DNA of 64,000 nt. It comes from a virus. Lineage: Duplodnaviria; Heunggongvirae; Uroviricota; Caudoviricetes. The notes under the pieces were generated by a model. The model saw only the letters and a list, made by a program, of their open reading frames with translations, was not told the origin of the DNA and ran no database searches. Shown here piece after piece: positions 20,262 through 29,106 of this stretch. The stretch's first letter is position 1. The number at the start of each line of letters is the position of its first letter. The DNA is taken from the IMG/VR virus record IMGVR_UViG_3300021255_000139. One strand, 5' to 3'. The translations under genes were made by a program, and so were the position numbers.

Positions 20262-20555
20262 ATATGAGTGGGAATATAAAACAAATTGCTTTTAACACAT
20301 TTATGTCTGTGTGTAGATATAGTGGTATTGGAACAGATTATCATGGGAGTTCAGAATTTTATCTGACTTGTCGTAAGCCAGATTGTATTCCAAGAGGAAG
20401 TTCTTGGGGGTATATGTGATATTCGTCATTGTCCATTTTACGGTTGCAATGGAAAAGATGCAAGAATATATATTGGTGATCAACTTGTCGCAACTGCCGA
20501 AAATGTAAATTTTCATTTAGTTGGGTAAAATCCTCTATGAAAATAATAAGAAGCA

Positions 20556-20939
20556 ATGAATAAATTTTATCTTTTGGTTGCTGGAACTCGAACATTTAAT
20601 GACTATGAACTTTTATCAAAGAAAATCAAGCAGCTAACAATCAAATACGGGAATGACATTTGTATCGTATCTGGTGGAGCAAAAGGAGCAGACACGTTAG
20701 CTGAACGATATGCAAAAGAACATGGTTTAGAATTTATAAAGTTTCCAGCGAAATGGGATGAATACGGAAAGAAAGCCGGATTTATCAGAAATGAAAAAAT
20801 GCATAATTATATCTCACAACACGAACATCGGGGTTGCGTTCTCTTTTGGGATGGGAGATCGAAAGGAACAAAACATAGTATAGCATTGTCAAAGAAGTAT
20901 GAAAATCAATTAAGAATTATTATGTATGAGGATCAATAA
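20556..20939 (+). CDS. SLOG/DUF2493-like nucleotide-binding protein
   Basis: LLVAGTRTFND ... IVSGGAKGADTLAERYA matches DUF2493/DprA-like Rossmann pattern. Confidence 0.5.
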   Translation: MNKFYLLVAGTRTFNDYELLSKKIKQLTIKYGNDICIVSGGAKGADTLAERYAKEHGLEFIKFPAKWDEYGKKAGFIRNEKMHNYISQHEHRGCVLFWDGRSKGTKHSIALSKKYENQLRIIMYEDQ

Positions 20940-20963
20940 ACTAAGTGTACCAAGGATTTAATA

Positions 20964-21458
20964 ATGGACGAAGTAGAGTTAAAGAATAAAATTAAGTTGT
21001 TGGACAAAGAACAAATTTGGGAAGTCGTGGAAGAATGCATTGACCAATCTGTTAAGAGTAATACTTATTTAATGGAGCAAGTATATGAAAATGCTAAAAA
21101 AGAAACACTCTCAACTGATTATGTTTATGGTAGTGCTTTAAAGGTAGTAGCGAAAAGAATTAAATCAATGCTTGAAGAATATCCATGTATTAAACACATA
21201 ATATGCGACAATGGACTTATATATCAAACAGACATAGATGCAATCACAGGACAAAGATATATAAAAGAAATATATAATTTTGAAAGTAAGGACGAAAAAA
21301 CACTACAGTATCTTGATGCTATGTCAAGTAATGCAAGTAGTTGTCAGCGTGATATTAAAACATTAAAAAAGATGATCAAGCATTGTAAAAATCCTATGGA
21401 GAAAAAATCTTTGGAAAAAGAACTAAATGAAGCATATAAAAGAAGAAAAATAAAATGA
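20964..21458 (+). CDS. hypothetical protein
   Basis: ORF. Confidence 0.4.
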   Translation: MDEVELKNKIKLLDKEQIWEVVEECIDQSVKSNTYLMEQVYENAKKETLSTDYVYGSALKVVAKRIKSMLEEYPCIKHIICDNGLIYQTDIDAITGQRYIKEIYNFESKDEKTLQYLDAMSSNASSCQRDIKTLKKMIKHCKNPMEKKSLEKELNEAYKRRKIK

Positions 21459-21468
21459 GGATTTCATC

Positions 21469-21669
21469 ATGATTATAAAAGACATCGCAGAACTTCAAAA
21501 TAATTACAAAAAAATGATCGAATCAAATACTTTTTCAAAGAAAAGGTTAATTGAAATTTGTGTTCCATTTAGAGACAAATATCATCTTACTGATGGTCAA
21601 ACAGTAGCAATCGCAAGAGAAGAAATGTCTATATCTCAAATATATGAATTAGTGGGAGATGTTGAGTAA
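21469..21669 (+). CDS. hypothetical protein
   Basis: ORF with RBS. Confidence 0.35.
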   Translation: MIIKDIAELQNNYKKMIESNTFSKKRLIEICVPFRDKYHLTDGQTVAIAREEMSISQIYELVGDVE

Positions 21670-22286
21670 TGAATAAATACTATAAAACTTTTATCAGTGC
21701 AATCATTGCAGGAATATGTATCTCAATAGGTGGTACTTGTTTTCTTTCACTTGATAATAAAGTGATAGGAGCATTTATGTTTTCTTTAGGATTACTGACT
21801 ATTTGTTCTAATGAGTTTCATCTTTTCACCGGGAAAGTTTGTTTTGCAAGAAAGTGGGATGATTATCTTAACCTACTTTTAATATGGATCGGAAACTTTG
21901 TAGGTTGTGGGATTGTAGGGTTTTCTGTTAAATACACACGTCCGCAACTTATTCAGAAAGCGGTAGAAATTTGCAATATAAAAATGACAGAGAAGTGGTG
22001 GATGATTATCATTCTTGGGATTTTCTGCAATGTACTAATTTTCTTTGCTGTGAATAATTTCAAAGAGACAGCCAAAAAAGAAAAGGTAGTTCTCTTAATT
22101 ATGTGCGTGATGGCTTTCATACTATGCGGATTTGAACACTGTGTTGCAAATATGTTCTATTTCATTGTTGCCGGAACACCTGATTCTACAAGATATATAC
22201 TTCTCAATACGGTTGGAAATGCAGCCGGAGGTTTGGCAATCGGCTTAGTCTGTGAAAGGTTAAAGGTAAGACATGAGCATCTTTGA
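21669..22286 (+). CDS. formate/nitrite transporter (FNT) family channel-like membrane protein, short
   Basis: multi-TM; FEHCVANMFYF resembles FNT signature FEHSIANMF. Confidence 0.45.
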   Translation: MNKYYKTFISAIIAGICISIGGTCFLSLDNKVIGAFMFSLGLLTICSNEFHLFTGKVCFARKWDDYLNLLLIWIGNFVGCGIVGFSVKYTRPQLIQKAVEICNIKMTEKWWMIIILGIFCNVLIFFAVNNFKETAKKEKVVLLIMCVMAFILCGFEHCVANMFYFIVAGTPDSTRYILLNTVGNAAGGLAIGLVCERLKVRHEHL

Positions 22287-22542
22287 TTTATGGGTAAAAG
22301 GTTGCGAAATTAACAAGACGTTGCTTTATCGACTTGAAGGTAATGGAAACACCGCACTTTATAAAACAATATCAAAGCATCTTGTCAATCATAATTACTT
22401 TTATGATTCGCCTGTTTATCATGTTTGGGTAAATGGTAAAAGACTAATAGCAACAACAAGTTACCTTGAAGCATATCACAAGTGGGAGAGTGCTGCAAAA
22501 AATGGACACTACGGAAAAACGAATGTATTGTTTGAAAATTGA
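22273..22542 (+). CDS. hypothetical protein
   Basis: ORF. Confidence 0.35.
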   Translation: MSIFDLWVKGCEINKTLLYRLEGNGNTALYKTISKHLVNHNYFYDSPVYHVWVNGKRLIATTSYLEAYHKWESAAKNGHYGKTNVLFEN

Positions 22543-22661
22543 TAAGATGAAATATTTTCCGAACAGCAATGTTTTAAAACAACTAACGATAAGAAAACTA
22601 TTATCGTATGGCTTTTCAGAAGAGTTAATTAAGGTTTTGACGAAATAGAAAGGAACTGAAA

Positions 22662-23633
22662 ATGATAGAACAAAATTTTTCGGAAAGGTTGCTGCAACGG
22701 TTTTGCAAAGATTGCAATTTACCTATCAACATTTATTCATATCCGTATTTTTACAGTCGGCTGAAACTATATGATCCGATTTATCACACAGTAGAAAAAT
22801 ATGATCTGTTTATTAAGAGCATGGAAAATTATGCGAACGAACAAGATTATTTTGAAGATTACAACAGAATTAAGGATGAAGCAATTACTGCAATTAAAAC
22901 ATCACAAGGCTACAAAGATTTCAATGAAGTTGATTTAGGAAAATTCATCGTTCATGATGATTATGCGCATTTGCCCGGCAGAGACATTTATCATCCTTCT
23001 AATGCAGATAAATCATTTTTGAGTATCGACATGAAACACGCCAACTTTAGTGTGTTAAAGTATTATACTTATGATATTTTTAATTCTGACACTTGGGAAG
23101 ATTTTATACGGAGATTTACTAATAATGAACATATTATCAAGAGTAAATATATTCGTCAGGTGATCTTAGGAAACTGCAATCCCGGCAGACATATAACATA
23201 CGAGAAATTTGTAATGTCGCACCTGATGCATAAGTTATATCTTTATTGTTTGAATCACGGTGTCAATCTTCCGTTTGATAAGATTGTAGCTTTCCACAAC
23301 GATGAATTGATTTATGATATTGGAGATTTTACTATCCCAGAAGCACTCGATGCAAAGGTTACGATTGATTCGTTTAAGAGTGAGATTCCGATTTCTTGCA
23401 CCATGTTTACTCTTTTTGATTTGGCTGGCTATGGCTATGCGAAGTTAATGCATGATGGACAGATAAAGTTGAAGTGTGTTGAAAATGAGTTTATGCCAAT
23501 GCTGCTTAGAAAAATATACCATGAAGAGATTCAGCCGGACGATATGGTATTTATGTTCAAGGGAGAAATCGCACGATTTGATAAAGTACCAGAAAAACTT
23601 AAAAATGGAAAATATCCAACATTCAGGAGGTAA
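22662..23633 (+). CDS. hypothetical protein
   Basis: ORF with RBS. Confidence 0.4.
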   Translation: MIEQNFSERLLQRFCKDCNLPINIYSYPYFYSRLKLYDPIYHTVEKYDLFIKSMENYANEQDYFEDYNRIKDEAITAIKTSQGYKDFNEVDLGKFIVHDDYAHLPGRDIYHPSNADKSFLSIDMKHANFSVLKYYTYDIFNSDTWEDFIRRFTNNEHIIKSKYIRQVILGNCNPGRHITYEKFVMSHLMHKLYLYCLNHGVNLPFDKIVAFHNDELIYDIGDFTIPEALDAKVTIDSFKSEIPISCTMFTLFDLAGYGYAKLMHDGQIKLKCVENEFMPMLLRKIYHEEIQPDDMVFMFKGEIARFDKVPEKLKNGKYPTFRR

Positions 23634-23640
23634 TGTCATC

Positions 23641-23940
23641 ATGGAACAAATGAAAAGCCACAAGTTTGATGCAGAAGAAAGAAAGGTTTTTGATTCTATT
23701 AAAACTGTGAAGCAGATGAATGTTTTATATTCTTCTTATGGAGATGAAAGAACAAAAGCCTTGCAGACAAGTTTGCAGTGTATGAGGAAATTCATTCCTG
23801 AAGTTGCCAGATTTGACAACAAAAGAAATAGATTCATTTGCCCTACTTGTGGAAATCGCATTAAATTAAGAAAGAACGATTTAATGAAATTCTGTGGTGA
23901 CTGTGGTCAAAAATTACTTTATGAAGGTATTGATGAATGA
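23641..23940 (+). CDS. zinc-ribbon protein
   Basis: CPTCGN...CGDCGQ; ATG 23641 after GGAGG; ORF-track start 23476 overlaps previous gene. Confidence 0.4.
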   Translation: MEQMKSHKFDAEERKVFDSIKTVKQMNVLYSSYGDERTKALQTSLQCMRKFIPEVARFDNKRNRFICPTCGNRIKLRKNDLMKFCGDCGQKLLYEGIDE

Positions 23941-24416
23941 GTTATAAAGAGATTCAGGCTGATTTATTTTCTATGCCAGAAGAGTATTTTCTCGCACATT
24001 GTATTAGTGCTGACTTAGGCATGGGAAAGGGAATCGTAGTTGAGTTTAATAAACGGTTTGATATGAAGAATAAGTTGGTGCGAAAATATGGCAATCGTTT
24101 AGACGAGTGGGATAAAAACGACTATGGAGAATGTATTCTTGAAGATCGTGTGTTTAATCTTATTACGAAACGAAATTACTGGAATAAACCAACTTATGAT
24201 ACGTTGATTTCCGCACTAAAAGATATGAGATATCAAGCCATTAACAATAATATTAAACATATAGCAATGCCTATGATTGGCTGTGGATTGGATAGACTCA
24301 ACTGGATTCGAGTATCATATATCATTCAGAAGATTTTTTCTGAAACAGATATAGAAATTGTTGTTTGTATGAATGCGAAAAATTATAAAATGTTCGCACA
24401 CAGGGAGAAAGAATGA
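23937..24416 (+). CDS. macrodomain protein (TARG1/OARD1-like ADP-ribosyl hydrolase)
   Basis: LAHCISADLGMGKGIVVEFNKRF closely resembles OARD1 core HCISEDCRMGAGIA. Confidence 0.55.
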   Translation: MSYKEIQADLFSMPEEYFLAHCISADLGMGKGIVVEFNKRFDMKNKLVRKYGNRLDEWDKNDYGECILEDRVFNLITKRNYWNKPTYDTLISALKDMRYQAINNNIKHIAMPMIGCGLDRLNWIRVSYIIQKIFSETDIEIVVCMNAKNYKMFAHREKE

Positions 24417-24895
24417 AACAGGTAATTGTAGCAAATAAGTCATTGAATATGAGTCCGGGAAAGTTAGCAGCTATGGTCGCACATGGATCAATCGCCTTTC
24501 TGATTGCATGGTTTAAAGAGTATACTGATATTTCCTTTGAAATCCAAACGCCAGACAAAAGATATGATTATGGATATGGAATGTTCGAGGATGCCAATAT
24601 TGACAGAACAACATTTTCCGAATGGATTAACGGATCATTTACAAAGATTGTTCTTGAAGCAGATCAAGATGAAATGGAAAATATTATAAGAGCAGCACAA
24701 GAGAATCATATGTATAATGGAGAAGATTTCTTCAACATTGTAGATGAATCAACAGAGTTTGAAAATATCCCACGATGGGCTGTTATTGCGTTTAGACCGA
24801 TGGAGTCTGAAGAAATTGATCCTATAACCGGGCATTTAAACCTTTATGGGAAAGAAGATAGTTCTTTAGATAATCAGGTGGAAACATGGACGTAA
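24413..24895 (+). CDS. peptidyl-tRNA hydrolase PTH2-like
   Basis: SPGKLAAMVAHGS resembles PTH2 GKGKIAAQCAHA. Confidence 0.45.
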   Translation: MKQVIVANKSLNMSPGKLAAMVAHGSIAFLIAWFKEYTDISFEIQTPDKRYDYGYGMFEDANIDRTTFSEWINGSFTKIVLEADQDEMENIIRAAQENHMYNGEDFFNIVDESTEFENIPRWAVIAFRPMESEEIDPITGHLNLYGKEDSSLDNQVETWT

Positions 24896-25449
24896 AAGAA
24901 GTAACTTGCTATAAATGCGGAAAATGTGGGCTTGTATATCACGTTCGTGAATGGGCTGAACGATGTTGCAAACCTAAGAAGTGTGAGAGATGCGGTGTAG
25001 AAATTCCGCACAATGCTTTTTACACTTTATGCAATAAATGCAGAGCAGAAAAAGAAAGAGAAGAAGAACTACATAGATTTGAAAAGGCAAGAAAATATAC
25101 ATTGAAGAGCGCACCACCTGAACGGTGTGAAATGATGTATTCTGATTCTTATGGTTACAATGAAGGATATTTTTCCGAAATCGAAGAATTAAAAGAATAT
25201 TGCGAAGATAATGATATCGTAATGCCGGATTATGTTTGGTGTACTTCATCGCACCAACTGAATATAGATATTGATTCTGTAGTCGAAAGCGAGTGTGAAG
25301 ATTTACATGAGGATGCGTATGAATGGATCGCACAAAAAGACATTGATGAATTAAGAACTTTTGTTAATAGATGGTGTGAGAAACAAACTACAACACGGAC
25401 ATTTTATGTAGATTATTCTGCCGCTATAATATTGAAAGAGTTATCATGA
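24886..25449 (+). CDS. multi-zinc-finger protein
   Basis: CYKCGKCG...CCKPKKCERCG...CNKC. Confidence 0.4.
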   Translation: MDVKEVTCYKCGKCGLVYHVREWAERCCKPKKCERCGVEIPHNAFYTLCNKCRAEKEREEELHRFEKARKYTLKSAPPERCEMMYSDSYGYNEGYFSEIEELKEYCEDNDIVMPDYVWCTSSHQLNIDIDSVVESECEDLHEDAYEWIAQKDIDELRTFVNRWCEKQTTTRTFYVDYSAAIILKELS

Positions 25450-25778
25450 ATAATAATTTTCAAAAAATACTGTCTTACCTAAATAGAACAAGAATATGGA
25501 ATATATCATATGATGATGATAATAATGAATATCGTTTCAGTTTTGTGGCAAAAAATCAGTATGAAGAAAAAAATTTTACTATTTATTATGCAGACAGTAA
25601 TCATGAAATAAAAATATCTGATCCAAGACCATTTTATCATTATTATTATCTAATGTTTGAACAACCATATGTAGGTATGAGAACTGGAGATTTGGGAACA
25701 GTATATGAATGGAAATGGTATCAAGATGAAGAAGATGTTTTATATCGTATCAAACAACTGATGAACAGAAGGTACTAA
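25446..25778 (+). CDS. hypothetical protein
   Basis: ORF. Confidence 0.35.
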   Translation: MNNNFQKILSYLNRTRIWNISYDDDNNEYRFSFVAKNQYEEKNFTIYYADSNHEIKISDPRPFYHYYYLMFEQPYVGMRTGDLGTVYEWKWYQDEEDVLYRIKQLMNRRY

Positions 25779-26232
25779 TGAAAATGAGAGTAAGAACAAG
25801 AGAAGAGAAGAAAATTAGTGACTTATTGAACACTATGTCATTAGTTGATATTAGAATAATTTCAGAAATAGAAGAAATACAACGAGGAAATGAACATTCT
25901 TCAAAAGATATATTGGAAGGAATTGAGTATATCCTTGAAGAAAGATTTGCATTTATGATTAGAGATGAAAATAAACCAGAATAAAAAGCTGGTTTTATTC
26001 TCATAGCTGTTTCAAGCCATGACTCTGGCTGGAAATCACGTTTTTGTGGATACTTTTTGTATGAGATAGATAAATCGTCATTCACCGTAATTCTATATAA
26101 TTTATGGAGTGTTCCGCTATGATCGAATGCTTTGATAATCTGTTTGTCCAACCAGTAATATCCCTCAAATAACGGTAATACGGCATTTTTTGCACTCCAC
26201 ATATCAATCAATTCTTTATATATTGGTTGCAT
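25750..26232 (-). CDS. hypothetical protein (3' extent uncertain)
   Basis: ATG 26232 preceded by AAGGAGA RBS; 26232-25990 part looks protein-like, remainder is probably antisense read-through. Confidence 0.3.
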   Translation of the reverse strand: MQPIYKELIDMWSAKNAVLPLFEGYYWLDKQIIKAFDHSGTLHKLYRITVNDDLSISYKKYPQKRDFQPESWLETAMRIKPAFYSGLFSSLIINANLSSRIYSIPSNISFEECSFPRCISSISEIILISTNDIVFNKSLIFFSSLVLTLIFISTFCSSVV

Positions 26233-27275
26233 ATTTCTCCTTTGCAATAAAACCAGCTTTTGAAATCAAAGAAAAGAAAAGCATCCAACTTATACAAGAT
26301 ACTGTTGACACTCACCCAGAGTATAGTTCTTTCGTGCTACATTCGACAGGAAAAGATAGTGTTGTCGTTCAGCATTTATGTGATATGGCAAATAGAAATA
26401 TAAAGACTGTTTTCAATAATACAACATTGGATTGTGCAGATACATACCGAATAGTCAATCTAAACAAAGACAAATGGATCATTACAACGCCGGACATAGG
26501 ATTCTATCAATATATTAAAAAAGAGAACTTTATTCCAACAAGATTTTCGAGAGCCTGTTGTTCAATATTTAAAGAAGGAAATCACATCAATCATTTTGAT
26601 AATGTCGATAAGGCAATATGGATAATGGGTGTTCGGAATGATGAAAGTGCAAAAAGATCGAACAGACAAGATATAGAACATAACCCAAAGTGGGGAAATC
26701 GAGAATGGATTGGGTTATTGCCTATTAGAAAATGGACAGAATTGGAAGTTTGGCTTTATATTATATTGAACAATTTGCCATTAAATCCGAAATATAGAAA
26801 AGGATATAAAAGATGTGGCTGCCATGTGGCGTGTCCATATCAGAGCAAATCTGATTGGATTCTTGATCAGTATTTCTATCCTAAAATGTATAATAGGTGG
26901 CATAATATTCTTGAAGATGATTTTATAAAAAATGGGAAATGGTGTACGCTTAATTGCACGATTGAAGAATATCATAAGTATTGGAACGGTGGTGTAGTTC
27001 GAGAAATTCCAACACGAGAAGTGATTGAAGAATTTATGAAATACAAAGGTATTGATGATTTTTCTTTGGCTGAGAAGTATTTCAACAAGAAGTGTAAGAA
27101 ATGTGGCAGACTGATACGATCTAAAGATGTAATAGCTATGAACTTGAAAATGAGAAGTCGGACTTGCTCTGATTTTTACTGTAAAAAATGCTTTATAAAA
27201 GAAGCTGAAATAACAAAAGAAGAATGGGATAGTTATATTAGTGGCTTCAAAAATGAAGGTTGTGTTTTGTTCTAA
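26190..27275 (+). CDS. PAPS reductase family / PP-loop ATP pyrophosphatase with C-terminal zinc ribbon (DndC/SspD-like)
   Basis: STGKDS PP-loop, GVRNDES, PIRKWTELEVWLYI, CGCHVACP, C-terminal CKKCGR...CKKC; TTG start. Confidence 0.7.
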   Translation: MHSTYQSILYILVAYFSFAIKPAFEIKEKKSIQLIQDTVDTHPEYSSFVLHSTGKDSVVVQHLCDMANRNIKTVFNNTTLDCADTYRIVNLNKDKWIITTPDIGFYQYIKKENFIPTRFSRACCSIFKEGNHINHFDNVDKAIWIMGVRNDESAKRSNRQDIEHNPKWGNREWIGLLPIRKWTELEVWLYIILNNLPLNPKYRKGYKRCGCHVACPYQSKSDWILDQYFYPKMYNRWHNILEDDFIKNGKWCTLNCTIEEYHKYWNGGVVREIPTREVIEEFMKYKGIDDFSLAEKYFNKKCKKCGRLIRSKDVIAMNLKMRSRTCSDFYCKKCFIKEAEITKEEWDSYISGFKNEGCVLF

Positions 27276-27349
27276 AATATCTGTTGACAAAACATTTACT
27301 TTATGATATTATAACGAATAGATAAATACAGAAAGGAAGTGAGACAAGA

Positions 27350-27919
27350 TTGAGTGTGAATATTACTAATCACGCTGCAATGAGGTATGCTGAAAGAATT
27401 GCCGATAAAGAATCATTAGCAGACATAAATACCTATGTTGCCAGAAACCGGGATAAGATAGAAAATGATATAAATACAATGCTTGATCATTCAGATTTTC
27501 TTTATCACGGAAGAGTAGGAACAAAAGATAACGGTGTTGTTGATGTATATCTCTCTGGAACATGGATTCTTTTATTGGATTCAGCCAAAAGCAAAGTGAT
27601 TACACTATACAAAGTTGATTTCAATGTGGGCGAAGATTTCAACAAGCAGTTCATTCAAAAGATTCTCGAACGAATGGAGATTCACAAGAAAGAACTGGAT
27701 GAAGTGAAAAAAGAAGTTGCAGAACAGCGTGAGAATTATCTGCAAATCATTAAAGATAACAAAAGTCAGATTGCAGAATATAAGAACGCTATAAGGCAGT
27801 TAGAAAATCTCAATACCGATTATCAAGATATTGTTGACACTATGGATGCAAAATGTATAGCTTCTGAAATTGCAATCCGGCATGATGTTGAAGATTTAGT
27901 TATGAAGAGGGAGTTCTAA
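27350..27919 (+). CDS. coiled-coil protein
   Basis: ORF; heptad-like charged C-half. Confidence 0.4.
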   Translation: MSVNITNHAAMRYAERIADKESLADINTYVARNRDKIENDINTMLDHSDFLYHGRVGTKDNGVVDVYLSGTWILLLDSAKSKVITLYKVDFNVGEDFNKQFIQKILERMEIHKKELDEVKKEVAEQRENYLQIIKDNKSQIAEYKNAIRQLENLNTDYQDIVDTMDAKCIASEIAIRHDVEDLVMKREF

Positions 27920-29097
27920 TGCTTTATTACGATAATGCAGCAACAACAAGGGTTGACAAAAGTTTAGAGCCAATTTTGCAGAGTATGTTCTTTGACAATT
28001 ACGGCAACCCATCAAGCGTACATACAGTCGGACAATATGCAAAAGAAGTAATTGAGAGAGCGAGGGAGTTGGTTGCGATTTCCATAAATTGCGCACCAGA
28101 TGAAATCATTTTCACATCAGGAGGATCAGAGTCAAATAACCTTGCCCTTAAAGGATTTTCATTTGCGAATGACTGTGAGATTATCACAAGTCCTATTGAA
28201 CACAAGTCAATTTTAGAGACTTGTAAATTCTTACAGAATCAACAAATAAATAAATACTACACTGTCGATGTGGATTCAGACGGTGTGGTTGAAATGTTTA
28301 GTCTGCAAGAAAGAATAGCAGAGGTTAAAAGTTATAATCTGATTCCGCTGGTAAGTATTCAGTTGGCAAATAGTGAAATCGGAACGATTCAACCAATTAA
28401 GGAAATAGCAAAAGTTGTTCATTCTTTTGGTGGTGTTCTTCACGTTGACGCAGTTCAGGCGTACTTCACAATCCAAATTGATGTTCAAGATATGGGAATT
28501 GATATGCTGTCCGTATCTGGTCATAAGATTGGAGTTCCGAAAGGGATAGGCTTTTTATATAAGAAGAAAAGCATACATATCGAACCTTTAATTCATGGTG
28601 GTGGTCAAGAACATGGATTGAGAGCCGGAACAGAGAACACTCCGTATATTGCAGCTTTAAACGATAAACTTTGTCGAGATTTCAGCGAAGAAGATATAGG
28701 GCAAAAAGCGGAACAGCTTTATCAAATGAGGACGTATCTCGAAAAGAAACTGTTAAAAATTCCAGATTCAAGAATCAATGGAGCAGAAAACAAACTACCG
28801 GGGAATATAAATATCAGTTTCAAAGACATTGACGGAGAAACACTTATGATGCTTCTCGACACAAATGATTTAGAGGTATCAAATGGTTCAGCTTGTAATG
28901 CTGGAAATCCAGAACCTTCATATGTACTGAAAGCTATCAAAGTTCCAGATGACTATATTAACGGAACAATTCGGATCACGATTGCCCCGAAAAAGAAATC
29001 AAATTCATATCGGTTAGAATCGAAAGATTTTGCAGAACTTGATATGGTTGCAGATAAGATAAGTAAATATGTAAGTGTTTTAAGAAAAGTTAGGTAG
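27919..29097 (+). CDS. cysteine desulfurase (class V aminotransferase, IscS/NifS/DndA-like)
   Basis: YYDNAATT N-terminus, SGGSESN, PLP lysine motif SVSGHKIGVPKG, active-site Cys region NGSACNAG. Confidence 0.8.
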   Translation: MLYYDNAATTRVDKSLEPILQSMFFDNYGNPSSVHTVGQYAKEVIERARELVAISINCAPDEIIFTSGGSESNNLALKGFSFANDCEIITSPIEHKSILETCKFLQNQQINKYYTVDVDSDGVVEMFSLQERIAEVKSYNLIPLVSIQLANSEIGTIQPIKEIAKVVHSFGGVLHVDAVQAYFTIQIDVQDMGIDMLSVSGHKIGVPKGIGFLYKKKSIHIEPLIHGGGQEHGLRAGTENTPYIAALNDKLCRDFSEEDIGQKAEQLYQMRTYLEKKLLKIPDSRINGAENKLPGNINISFKDIDGETLMMLLDTNDLEVSNGSACNAGNPEPSYVLKAIKVPDDYINGTIRITIAPKKKSNSYRLESKDFAELDMVADKISKYVSVLRKVR

Positions 29098-29106
29098 GAG
29101 GACAAG

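Noticed and set aside
25750-25990. 3' two-thirds of minus-strand ORF 25750-26247 (LFSSLIINANLSSRIYSIPS...)
   Set aside because: Low-complexity S/I-rich translation overlapping well-formed plus-strand ORFs 25446-25778 and 25778-25984. It is likely antisense read-through, and only the 26232-25990 part looks genuine.
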